Below are positions 1-12,300 of a stretch of DNA of 64,000 bases, in pieces. The notes beneath the pieces were generated by a model. It did not search any database. It saw only the letters and a list, made by a program, of their open reading frames with translations, and had not been told where the DNA came from. The translations under genes were made by a program, and so were the position numbers. The DNA lies in assembly GCA_951406725.2 (NCBI GenBank), contig OX597821.1:42346001-42410000 (forward strand), written 5' to 3'. This DNA is from Octopus vulgaris (Eukaryota). Numbering within the stretch: the stretch's first letter is position 1; every line of letters begins with the position of its first letter.

Positions 1-769
1 ACCAGCCTGATTTTCCGAATCCAGGCCACTACATCGCCTTCGCCGTTAAAAGGTCTGACGACGTCACTGGCGATCCTAATTTTTGCAGACATCGTGTTGA
101 AAAAAAAACGAGAATGTTTACGAACTGCCGAAATAGCTTGTAGTGAGCGTGCGATTTGAATATAGAGGCACCTACCTTTTCTTCGTGGCGACGGAGATCC
201 TCCAGAGATGACTGGTCCTTCCTCACCCTACCCGAACACTAACGATAGCAGCTGCTAGCCCCAAACCCTTAGCGTCGTCCACGCACGTCTTGTCGCCAGC
301 ACGACCCACGTTGGAAAGGTCAATTTTCGCCCCCTGCGCACGCTTGCCAGCTGACCCCTTCCGCTTACCCCAGCTTCCGGTCAACGCACCCTCCTGCTGA
401 CGTCATCCCACAGATATATTTATTCATATAAAGAGGACAGCTTATAAAAGCAGTCCTCTTCATTTGTCAGCCCTGTTTGTGGTATATATATGAAGATAAT
501 TGTCAATGTTGTTTTGTCTATGATTGGCCCAATCTTAATTATTCAAGTAACTAAGGCTGAATATACATTCAACCCCAGTTACTTTAACAATCCTACTCCC
601 TAATAATAACACATGAACTCCACTCATCCCAACACTACTAGCCATCTAGAATTTATACCTTTGTTCTTTGCTTGTGAGGAGTTTGGATGAAGCTCCCTTC
701 CATTTTACTCATCAGTACAGCACACAGCCACTTACCTTCAACAGTTCTGCAATCTCTCCTAACCTATTT

Positions 770-994
770 CTCTACTACCCACAAGGGGCTAAACACAGAG
801 AGGACAAGCAAGGACAGACAAACGGATTAAGTCGATTATATCGACCCCAGTGCGTGACTGGCACTTATTTAATCGACCCCGAAAGGATGAAAGGCAAAGT
901 CGACCTCGGCGGAATTTGAACTCAGAACGTAACGACAGACGAAATACCGCTAAGCATTTCGCCCGGTGTGCTAACATTCCTGCCAGCTCGCCGC
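770..994 (-). mobile_element. Abundant tRNA-like SINE (head GGCGAGCTGGCAG...GAGTTCAAATTCC)
   Basis: A/B-box-like motifs on minus strand; many diverged copies across the window (e.g. 20590-20797, 43335-43547, 48715-48912, 51520-51712). Confidence 0.85.
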
Positions 995-1416
995 TGTACA
1001 TAGCATTTACAACCATTTTCTCCTAACCTACCTTTGACTGTGCTGATATCTATGGTGGCAGTCCTAACATTATGAACCTGAAAGAAAGAGAGGGCTATCA
1101 TGCACGTAGTGTGGAGCGACTGACCTCCCTTGTTCGAAGGTTATATGGATACAGTTTGTGTATCAAATAGCTAACTTAAGGTGATGGCCTCATGGAGCTA
1201 ATAAGCAGACAGCTTTATTCTTATTTTTATAAGAATGCCATATTAGTATGGCGATAACTATTATTTTCCGGAAACGCTGCCGTTGTTCTCTTTTAGAGAG
1301 ACTTAGTAATTTTAATATTTCTATTATTGAAAACAAGTGGATGTATTCCACCGAAGCTAGGTAAATAAAACCTTTGAACAGAGATTGTCAGAAGCGACAC
1401 CTACTGGTCTGGCTAC

Positions 1417-1458
1417 GCTACATTGAAAAGGGGCAATACCCCGAAACGCGTCTGTAGC
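1417..1458 (+). ncRNA. Minimal type I hammerhead ribozyme, copy 1 (U3-A8 core variant)
   Basis: GCTACA-TTGAAAA-GGGG CAATA CCCC-GAAA-CGCG-TC^-TGTAGC: stems I and II perfect, palindromic ACGCGT stem III, GUC triplet ending at 1452. Confidence 0.75.
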
Positions 1459-1779
1459 TGCCGGTCAAGTAGTGTGGAGCAACTGACCTCCCTTGTTCGA
1501 AGGTTATATGGATACAGTTTGTGTATCAAATAGCTAACTTAAGGTGATGGCCTCATGGAGCTAATAAGCGGACAGCTTTATTCTTATTTTTATAAGAATG
1601 CCATATTAGTATGGCGATAACTATTATTTTCCGGAAACGCTGCCGTTGTTCTCTTTTAGAGAGACTTAGTAATTTTAATATTTCTATTATTGAAAACAAG
1701 TGGATGTATTCCACCGAAGCTAGGTAAATAAAACCTTCGAACAGAGATTGTCAGAAGCGACACCTACTGGTCTGGCTAC

Positions 1780-1821
1780 GCTACATTGAAAAGGGGCAAT
1801 ACCCCGAAACGTGTCTGTAGC
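1780..1821 (+). ncRNA. Minimal type I hammerhead ribozyme, copy 2
   Basis: Same motif with ACGTGT in stem III; GUC triplet ending at 1815. Confidence 0.7.
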
Positions 1822-1985
1822 TGCCGGTCAAGTAGTGTGGAGCGACTGACCTCCCTTGTTCGAAGGTTATATGGATAGTTTGTGTATCAAATAGCTAACT
1901 TAAGGTGATGGCCTCATGGAGCTAATAAGCGGACAGCTTTATTCTTATTTTTATAAGAATGCCATATTAGTATGGCGATAACTAT

Positions 1986-1988
<3 letters not shown>

Positions 1989-2016
<28 letters not shown>

Positions 2017-2021
2017 ATATA

Positions 2022-2069
<48 letters not shown>

Positions 2070-2087
2070 CACACACATACATATATA

Positions 2088-2145
<58 letters not shown>

Positions 2146-2230
2146 TATATATATATATATATATCCCCAAGGATATGAGTTCAAATCCCACTGAACAGGT
2201 ACTCACTCTCTCTAAGTCACACAAACACAC

Positions 2231-2291
<61 letters not shown>

Positions 2292-2305
2292 TATACACAT
2301 ATGCA
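1989..2305. repeat. Compound (TA)n/(CA)n/(TG)n microsatellite
   Basis: Direct reading; similar tracts at 14445-14770, 15590-15780, 28520-28590 and 37590-37670. Confidence 0.95.
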
Positions 2306-2754
2306 CACATGACAGGCTTCTTTCAGTTAAATTCACTCACAAGACTTTGGTCGGACTGGGGCTGTAGTAAAAGACACTTTCCCAAGGTGCCATGCAGTGG
2401 GATTGAACCCAAAACCACATAGTTGAGAAACAGACTTCTTAACCACGCAACCATGTCTATACCTATGTTTCATTTGTTTACTGTGATCAAAACTGAACAT
2501 GAACACTGGCAACATTGATCCATGGGATTTTTTAAAAAAAGACTAAGAAGGCTAGGAAGTATCCTGATGTGGATTAAAACTGGATTATTAAAAAACATTA
2601 ATGCAGACAGACAAATTAAAACAGATTAAGCAACAAATTATCTTTTAATCACAATCAACAAGCTCAGTGAAATTACAATCTTGTGTTTTCTTTCAAGTTA
2701 AAAAAGTATTTTTTTACTTTGCGTTAGCATTTTAAGATTATGTTAATTATAATC

Positions 2755-4274
2755 TCTGACTTTAGCACAAGGCCACAAACTTTAGAGAACGGAAGTTGGC
2801 TAAATTGACCCACAACCTTGACTTGTTTCGGACTCAAAATGTAAAGGAACATAACTAAATATAATAAGGCATTTAGTCCTACTCTCTACCATTTCTGCCA
2901 ATTCAAAGCTACCTTGGTTTCTGAAGGCAGATTAGTGACAAGGACCAAGAACAGTTGAGAGAATCAACACCATGTGATAGTTACTTATTTTATTGATTAG
3001 AAAGATAAATAGTGAAGTCAACCTCAGCATCAGTATAAATGCTGAATGTAAAATAAATACAAGGCAAACCCAGTTGTTGCTCTACTCAATCCTGCACCTA
3101 CTGTCCTTGTTAACTGGAAGGATGAAAGGTAAAGTGGTACCCCATCCCAGCAAGATTTGAACTCAAAATGTAAATGAGATGCAACTAAATGCTGTGAAAG
3201 ACAATTTGTTGAATGCTCTACTGATTTTACCATTCCCCACAATAATAATAATAAAAATAATTATAATAATAATTGTTTTAAGTTAAGCCCAATTTTAATC
3301 AGTGGGGTTAATCAGTTACATCGACCTTAGTATTTGACTAGTGCTCAATTTTATCAACCTCAAAGGGATGGAAAGCAAAGTTGACCTCAGTAGAATTTGA
3401 ACTCAAAACATTAATGAGCCAGAAAAAATACAAGGCATTTCGTACAACACTGATATTTCTGTCAATCCATCACCCTAATAATAATAATAATAATAATAAT
3501 AGTTTCTTGTATAGGCACAAAACTAGAAATTTTGTATGACTATATTGTATACAGTACCTAACTGATAATTATAGACTCCAAAAGGATAAAAGGCGAAGTT
3601 GACCATAGCAGGATTTGAACTCAAAACAAAGAGCTGGATGAAATATCACCTGGCATTTTGTGTGTTGTTCTAATTTTTCTGCATCTACTGCGCTAACAAT
3701 AATGATTTTTAATTTAGGCATAAGGTTTGTAATTAAGGAATACCACTGATCTCATATCAGGTGGTGCTTTATTTTGTTGACCCCAGGAGAATGAAAAGGA
3801 GAACTTAGATGGGGTTTGAGCTAATAAAATGTTTCTAGCATGGGTACGAAGCCCAAAATTTTACAGCAAGGGGTGAAGTTGATACCACTGACACAAGTAC
3901 ATGACTGCTACTTTATTGACCCTGAAAGGATGAAAGGCAAAGTTGACCTTGCAATAGATTTGAACTCAAAACATTAAAGCTGGAATGAACACTATAAGGC
4001 ATTTTGTTTGATACTCTAACAACTCTGCCAAGAACACTGATATAATAATCCTTTCCGCTATAGGCACAAGGCCTGATATTTTAGTAGGAAGGGGGCTAGT
4101 TTATTAAATCACTCCCAATACTCAACTGGTACTTTTTTTTATTAACCCCAGAAAGAAGAAAGACAAAGTTGACCTTGGCAGAATTTGAACTCAAACCATG
4201 AAGACAGACAAATAATGCTGCCAAGCATTTTGCCTGGGTCGCTAGCGATTCTACCTACTCACCACCTTCTAAAA

Positions 4275-4307
<33 letters not shown>

Positions 4308-5063
4308 TTTGGCAACTTTAAGGGAAGAGTAGAGGGTTAGTTGAATACATCAACCCCAGCACTTAACTAGTACTTTATTTTAGTGACTGCAAAAAAAAAA
4401 AAAAATAATAATAATAATAACTCTTTCTAATTTTGGCACAAATCAGTCATTTTGAAAGTAGGGAGAAGTCAATTACATCAAACACTCCACCACCACCTAA
4501 CTGGTATTTATTTTATTGACCCTGAAAATAATATTAGTTTCTGATATAGGCATCAAGGCTAGCAGTTTTTAAGAAAGCGCTTAGTCAATGCCATTGACCC
4601 CAGGAGCTAGTACTTGACTAACACTTTATTTTAACAATCTCAAAAAGTTGATCATGGTGCAATTTGAAATCAGTATGTCTAGATCTGGAAGAGATACTAC
4701 ATGGTATTTTGTCCAAGGCTGTAATGATTCTTCCAAAGCAGTATGGAAAGAGGCAGTTCAAGCATTGGAAAGTAATTCATAACTTACTTTCTCTTGCCAT
4801 GAGACTAGCAATTGTGCATAAAAAACAAAGGAAAGAAATTAATAATAATAATGATATCAAATTTTAGTATATGGTCAACAATCCTGGGAGAGGGGATAAG
4901 ATTACATAGACCCCCATACTCAACTGGTACTTATTTTATCGACCCCGAAAGGATGAAAGGTAAAGTCAACCTTGGCAGAATTTGAACTCAGAATGTAAAG
5001 ACAGATGAAATACCACGAAACATTTTCCCCAGCATATTAATGATTTTGTCAGCTTGCCACCTT

Positions 5064-5107
<44 letters not shown>

Positions 5108-5115
5108 CAATAATG
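2755..5115 (-). mobile_element. Dense head-to-tail array of the same SINE separated by (AAT)n tracts
   Basis: Repeated GATTTGAACTCA / GGATGAAAGGCAAAGT cores, roughly ten diverged copies, same orientation. Confidence 0.8.
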
Positions 5116-5644
5116 CAAATTAAAAAGAAAACTAAAGCAGCCTATTAAATAGCTCTCAAGATGTCGTCATGTGGTGATATTTGAAAATATCAAAAAATAG
5201 TTCTCTGTCAAAAGAAGGTGCAAAGGTGTGATTCTGAGTTTTTTGTGTGATTTTTTCCCCTTCATTTTAACAGAAATTCGTTTAATGGAGTTAATGTTAG
5301 TATATTTTATTAGTTATTAACCCCACACCATTACCACCACCACCACCACCACCACCTCACTTTATCATGGGTGGATAGGTGATAGAGTGAGTGAGGGTTT
5401 AACATAAAATCCAACATAACTGAAGTTAAAATAATAATGATAAAAATAATTCAACTAAAAACAACAACAGGAAACTAAGAAAATATATAATATTAAATTA
5501 GATATTTATATGGAGATACACAGGTAAGATATATATATATCTTATATATATATATATTTTATATATATATAAGATATATATATATATCAAATAATAATTA
5601 TATCTTATATATCTATATATATATATATCAAATAATAATTATAT

Positions 5645-5687
<43 letters not shown>

Positions 5688-5873
5688 CATATATATTATA
5701 CATACATGCACACTTGCATGCATGTATGTGTATATATGTATATGTATATGTGTATATGTGTGTGTGTGTGTGTGAGTATCAGTAGCTAGCTCCAGAAGCT
5801 GATATATAAAGTGCAAGTCATCAATTAATGTAGTTATCACTGTTTATATAACAACAGTTGTTTGAAATCACAG

Positions 5874-5909
5874 CTAAACGCCAGGGATACGACTTTTTAG
5901 AGCAGCAAT
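5874..5909 (-). CDS. CC2D1A: CC2D1 terminal coding exon 29 ([11 protein letters not shown])
   Basis: Long polypyrimidine tract TTTTTCTCTTTTTCAG, phase 0, TAG stop. Confidence 0.8.
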   Translation of the reverse strand: MAALKSRIPGV

Positions 5910-8900
5910 CTGAAAAAGAGAAAAATTATACCATTATTATTATTATTATCATCATTACAATTATTATTGTTATTATTCAATATTTGATAGTTTCAGGCAA
6001 ATTTTACCACACCACCTGCTACATATCTGTGTTTCTGAGGTGGGTGAAGCTTTGTGTGTTCTTGTTTTGTTGGTGTTGAAGGGGTGCAGACTCTTCCCAG
6101 TACTGTATTGCATCAGTTTGTTTTGTTATGGGGCTTGGCTTGGGTCTTTTGTTATGAGGCTTAACTTGAGTCATCTTATAGGATTTAGTTTGAAACTTTT
6201 GTTGTATTAGTGTTTGTATTGTAAGCTGTGTGTGTAATGGATGTTGTAGAGGTTATTTATCTTATTAGCTACTAGCAGTATCGCCCGGCGTTGCTCGGGT
6301 TTGTAAGGGAAATAACTATATAAGCATTTTTAGAGAGTTACTTCCCTTACATAACCCGAGCAAAAATCATTAAAAATGCGGAAAAATGATGGTAAATTTT
6401 TTATAAAATCGTAGACTCATCGTAGACGCACGCTAATACCCAGAAGGGCTCGATATGAATGACGACTATAAGATACCCGCTTTTGGTTAAACTGCACCAT
6501 AAAATGTGGGAGTAGTTAGGAATCTAAATCGGAAGAGACAGAGTCTCACACACACAACTTGAATTTTATATATAAAGACTAGCAGTATCGCCCGGCGTTG
6601 CTCGGGTTTGTAAGGGAAATAACTATATATGCATTTTTAGAGAGTTACTTCCCTTATAGATGCCAATTCGGGTTTTCTTAGCCATTTCTGTTTTGGTGTC
6701 TTCAAGCCATGAAGTCGTTGTTCTAAAAGAACGCTGGTCTCCTTGACAACGCTTTACGACGTTGATTTCCTTACACTCCCTTCCCCACAGCTTCACGAGG
6801 GAGGGAAGAAGGGGGAAAAGCAAACAGGTGCAGCTGTGAGCGTGGACGCCAACTCCGCCGCCATCGACACACGAAAAATTATGCATTAAAATGGAATAAA
6901 AAATGATGTTAAATTATTTTTAAAATCGTAGACTCATCGTAGACGCGCGCTAATAGCCAGACGGGCTCGATATGAATTACGACTATAAGATACCGGAATT
7001 TGGTTAAACTGCACCGCAAAATGTGGGAGGAGTTAGGAATCTAAATCGAAGGGGACAGACACTCACACAACTACAGTTTTATATATATAGATTTACTGCA
7101 TAGAATGTGTCTTATGTTTGTGGATTGTTTTATTTGGGTTGTGCTATTGAATTGATAGTGTCTTGCATTGGATGTTCCTAGCAGAGCTATTTTTTGGACA
7201 GTGTGTAGTATTGAGGGTCCAGGTATAGCTTCTATATTTTTGTTCTTACATTTTTTTTATCATACACACAACTCCACTTATTAGTTTTACAGTATTATTT
7301 ACTTATTACGGTATTGTTTTTACCTTCATAGCCTACATCTTGAATACTTCAATTTCAAGATCTTTGTATTTTGCAGCCCCTTCTGACCAAAATACTGCCC
7401 AAAAAGAAGTGGATAAACTGTCAATATCTATTAGTAAGCAGATGTTTATTTTTACAATCCTTGATTATTATGTCTGGGAAATTAGCTTTGATTTCTTTGT
7501 CAATTTGAACAGGCATATCTAAGACAATTGTGGCCTGATCACTGTCATGTACCTTGCTTGGCACAGGTTTAAGGTGGTGGATAAGAGAATTAAGAGCAAA
7601 ATATTTTGCACTACTGTTTAATTATATTCCTTAATGTTTAGAGTTCAAATCATGTTGGAGTCAACTTTAACTTTCATCTTTCTGGAGTTGAAAAAAATTA
7701 ATTCCAGTCAAGTGTGATGAGTGGTCAATTCAATCAACTATTCTTCCCATCCAAAATCCATAGCATTCTTCTAAAGTTACAAATTACTATCATTATCTTT
7801 TGCATTTTTTTTTTTATTTAGATGCAAGATCAAATTCCACAGCAGCCTAACTGCAATATAGTTATTTTAAATGGCCCTATTATATTACTGGTGTTGATTT
7901 TATTAGCTCACAATAAAAACAAAATAGTAATTCAACATCAATAGGATTTGAACTCATAACCTGGGGTCAAGGAACATTTAGTCTATCTACTTTATGTGTT
8001 CACCTGATTTGTAGGCAACTCGATGGCAAACCAATTTACTGCAATTTGTGTTACAAATGTTTGCATCACAGAACTCCAAAGACTGATATCTCCACATTCC
8101 ACGCACCATATCCATAAGCCACCCTGTATAATGAAGTAGTCATTATAGTGTTAGCTTACATACCTATTAAAGTCATCAACCATAATAACAAGGTCACTGT
8201 CATCTGTTACCAAGTTAGTTTGAAAAAAGGTTCTTACAGAAATGGTCCGTTCGCTTCTCAGTCAGTCATGATTGTTGTTCATATACAGAGGCAATTAATG
8301 TTCCTATGCTGCCTATGACTAGTCTAAGCTTAATTATACTGTCACATACTCTAACAACCTCATTAATTTATCTCTCCATTTCTCTACTAACAAAATGTCT
8401 ACTCCATGCACCCCAGCTGTTACTCACTCAAAAGAATTTGCAGCTGAGTTCTTTGCCCATGAGGAGTCTACTTGGGGCTCCTTTCCATCCTTTCCCTTGC
8501 ATATATCTGCTTGCCTCTGTTCTAAACCTCTATGATCTCATCAGGTCTACTTTTCATCACAACAACATTGATAGTGACAGTCCTAAGAAGAGAGAATTTC
8601 CAGTGGTAAGTGGTGGTGGAATGAAAATCAGAAGAGTACACACAAACCACCCGGACGTGTTCTGTAGCTGGTGTAAAAATAAATATAATTCACAGTTAAA
8701 AACATATCTAAACTTACCTCTTTCTCAACAAGTTTCTTCTTTGTCATCATAACATGTGCCTTCTGTATGTCTCCTCTCTTGGCTAAAACTTGAGCTTCGA
8801 CAGCATAAGATTTCATGTCATTCTCTATGTGTGCAATATAGGCTGTAACATAACACAATATAGATTTATGTGAGTATATGTTAAATATATATATATATAT

Positions 8901-9289
8901 ATATATATATGGAGCTAAACACAGGTGTTATTCAAATCTTTATACCTCCAACATGTTTCAAAGAAAACATTGGTATTATTCCAGAAGGAATAAGATGTAA
9001 AACAAACAATGCAATCAATCTTCTCATCAGGAAAAAAAAGAGAGACAAAATGCATCAACAGAAGTATAAGGATTTGAATAACACTGGCATTTAACTCCAT
9101 TTATTTATCTATGTTACACAAAAACATTTTGCTAAACACTGGAATTTCTACCTTTATACATAGGCTGTTACATCCTTGGTATTTATGTGAATTTTTGCTA
9201 CCCTGGTAACTGTTTGTTTATTTTTCTGTGTTATTTGTAAACAAAAAAAAATACATATACATTTATCTATGTGTGTGTATGTGTATGTG

Positions 9290-9328
<39 letters not shown>

Positions 9329-12300
9329 CAAAGATGTAGAAGTGTCAATTCATTACGGCTGTTTCAAGTGGTCCCATTTAATTGATTAATGTAAACATTA
9401 CATCAATTTGAAAGAAACCATGCTTGTCAGGTGACTGCATAGACTTCAAACATAAAGGATAAGCCAGTTTTTAACAAATTTACATCAATAATGGAAACCA
9501 AAATATTTACATTGTTTCCTTTTGTTATATCTGTGGTAGAGTGAGTTTAGAAATTAATGCATACCTAGGGAGTCTAGTAGATTGTCTGACATTGAGTTAT
9601 CACCATTAACTAGAATACAGTTGACAACTCACAATGGATTTAATTCTAAATGGTTGAAGACTACTGTAAATCCTTGAGTATAGTCTGCCCTTGAGTATAA
9701 TACGCAGGGGATTTTTAGGGGCTGTACCTCTGAAAAACCTAAACCTTGTGTATAATATGCACCCCTTCTCTAACTTGAGTCGTGTGTAATTAAGCCAGCA
9801 GCACCTAGTTGAACAAACACTAAATACAATAATGGTAATGTTCATAACTATTATATGGGAATGTAAATATGTTTGCAAATTGTTTTTGATACATGTTATT
9901 CTGTGTTCTGAATATTTTTCTTTTAATAAATGTTGCTTACTGCAAGTTATGGATGATTCTTTTATGACTTCATTGCTTTCAGGCTTAGTTTAAGGTATTT
10001 TCGTGCCCGACATCACAAAATGTGTCCGAATAAACATTGCCGGACAGCAAATAGAGACTCGGACATTGCTTAGAAAATATTTTTCATTTTAAACCTTGTA
10101 TTTAGTACGCACTAGGGATTTTGACCTTTAAATTTGGGGAAAAAATGCAGATTATACTCAAAGATTTATAGTATATGCTACAAAAAGTCTTCTAAATATA
10201 TATAACTTGTCACCATTCCTTCTATCGTGCCCCCTTCCCCACTATTTCCTCTGTTACTCTCTAAATTATAATAGGCTTAACAAGGTATGCATTATTTTCT
10301 AAACTTTGTCTGCCATACATATAACAAAAGGAAACAATGTAAATATTTTTGTTTCCATTACTGATGTAAATTTGTTAAAAAATGGTTTATCCATTATGTT
10401 TGAAGTCTATGCAGTCATCTGACAAGAACGGTTTCTTTCAAATGATGTAATGTTTTCATTAATCAATTAAATGGATCCGCTTGAAATGGCCGTAATGAAT
10501 TGACACCTGCAAATATTTGTTACTTATTTATATTCTGCTCACCTAACTTGGAATCTGCACTTTGGAAATACTATAGAAAGCATCTTTAAAAAAAGTACAT
10601 CTGAATTACCAAGAGCAGATATCTTGACTTAGCTGGGTTGCATTGTCAACATACATGACAGGAATATTGGGTACAAATATCCCTACACATTGTCTTGATA
10701 TTCAATATATAAATAATATTCTTGGGGTGTGCAGATTATACGGAACTAGCAAGGTGACTCAATTTAAGTATCTAATTCTACCGAATCTTAATTTTATACA
10801 CACACACACACATATATTAGTTATTTATATATATAAATATATAATACTTATATATATATATAAATATATATTATTTATATATAAATATACAAATATATAC
10901 TACTTATCACAACAGCTGATGTACTTGCGCATACAAATGCATGCTCCCATGGCTTTATCGATTGCATTCTCACCTAGAATCGATTTTTGTAATTTTTTCA
11001 AGACTTATACATGTCCTGATACCATCGATATCTACAAATCAAATTCGAGCGCAATCGGATGGAGGATGCCGAGATCCTCGAAGACACACACACAGACAGA
11101 CAGAACGGATTTTATATAATAGATATGTGTGTGTGTGTGAGAGTATATATATATATATATATCATCATCATCATTGCTTAACGTCCACTTTTCATGCTAG
11201 CATGGGTTGGATGCCTTCCTAACACGAATCACTCTGAGAGTTAGTGGGTGCTTTTACGTGCCACCGGCCCGAGGGCCAGTCAAGCGGTACTGGCAACAGC
11301 CACGCTCAAATGGTGTTTTTTATGTGCCACCTACACAGGCCAGTCCAGCAGCATTAAACTAGATGAGATGCAGTTTGGTTTTGTTCCAGGGAGAAGTACC
11401 ACAGATGCCATTTTCATAGTGAGACAGTTGCAAGAAAAGTATTTGGCAAGAAGTAAGCCATTGTATTTAGCCTTTGTTGACCTGGAGAAAGCTTTCGACA
11501 GGGTTCCCCACTCTCTTACTTGGTAGTCTGTAAGGAATATAGGAGTAGCTTGTTAGAGCTGTTCAAGCTATGTACAACAGTGCTGTCAGTGAGATAAGAA
11601 TTGGCCTTGTTTACAGTGTTGAATTTAACATACAAGTTGGAGTACACCAGGGATCAGTCCTTAGTCCACTCTTATTCATCATAGTTCTCCAGACCATAAC
11701 AGATGAATTCAAAACTGGATGCCCATGGGAACAGCTATATGCTGATGTTCTTGTTCTTATTGCAGTATCTGAAGCAGAATTGGAGAAGTTCCAGGTTTGG
11801 AAGCAAAACCTGGAATCAAAGGGCCTTAAAGTTAACTTAGCTAAAACTAAATTAGCAAGAAAGTCAACTTAGCTAAAACTAAGCAAGAAAGGAGATAAGA
11901 CTCTCATTTCGGCTGGTAAATAGAAGGGAGTGGGACGTAATTCCATTTGCTGCATCAAGTGTAAGCTGTGGATGCATAAGAGATGCAGTGGAATTGCCTG
12001 TAGGTTATCAGATAAGGTCGCGTTGGTGTGTGGCAATGCGCAGGAACCATAGTACTAAGAGCATGCAGGACTTAAACTCTCTCAGATGCCCAGGTAACTC
12101 TCTTGAGGAGTGTTAGACTTTATGTTTGTATGTAGAGCCAAAAGGTAGTGACACACATTAAAGGTAGAAGTATATGTATACAGAACAGCTGGACTTGTGT
12201 GTGTGTATACAAAACAAACAACAAAGCATAACAATAACAACCAAAATGAGAATGATGAGAACAACAAAAATGACAAACAATATTCAACAATGACAATACA

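Larger units (their letters stand above)
1106..1988 (+). repeat. 363-bp tandem repeat (about 2.4 copies), retrozyme/Penelope pseudo-LTR-like
   Basis: Units start at 1106, 1469 and 1832 (GTAGTGTGGAGC), differ by only a few substitutions, and run into a (TA)n tract. Confidence 0.92.
5935..7560 (-). mobile_element. 3' remnant of R4/Dong-like non-LTR retrotransposon with restriction-like endonuclease, interrupted by Helitrons
   Basis: Minus-strand peptides [10 protein letters not shown]...LLIDI...KYKDLEIEV and VQKIALLGT (PD-D-K RLE C-terminus); (TAA)n tail near 5935-5975. Confidence 0.65.

Noticed and set aside
1106-1988. CRISPR-like or plain satellite interpretation of the tandem repeat
   Set aside because: No unique spacers, eukaryotic context; long structured unit with ribozyme motif fits a retrozyme/pseudo-LTR better
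1914-2422. ORFs rich in [12 protein letters not shown] (also 14385-14960, 28346-28677 and others)
   Set aside because: Translations of (TA)n/(CA)n microsatellites
9154-9172. Sequence mimicking the exon 28 acceptor (GTAACAG|CCTATGTATAA) that would give an early stop
   Set aside because: No polypyrimidine tract upstream; the short match may be coincidental
10745-11122. Possible further Helitron (minus-strand TCTATTATATAAAA start, CTAG at 10745)
   Set aside because: No convincing 3' hairpin; boundaries too uncertain to call
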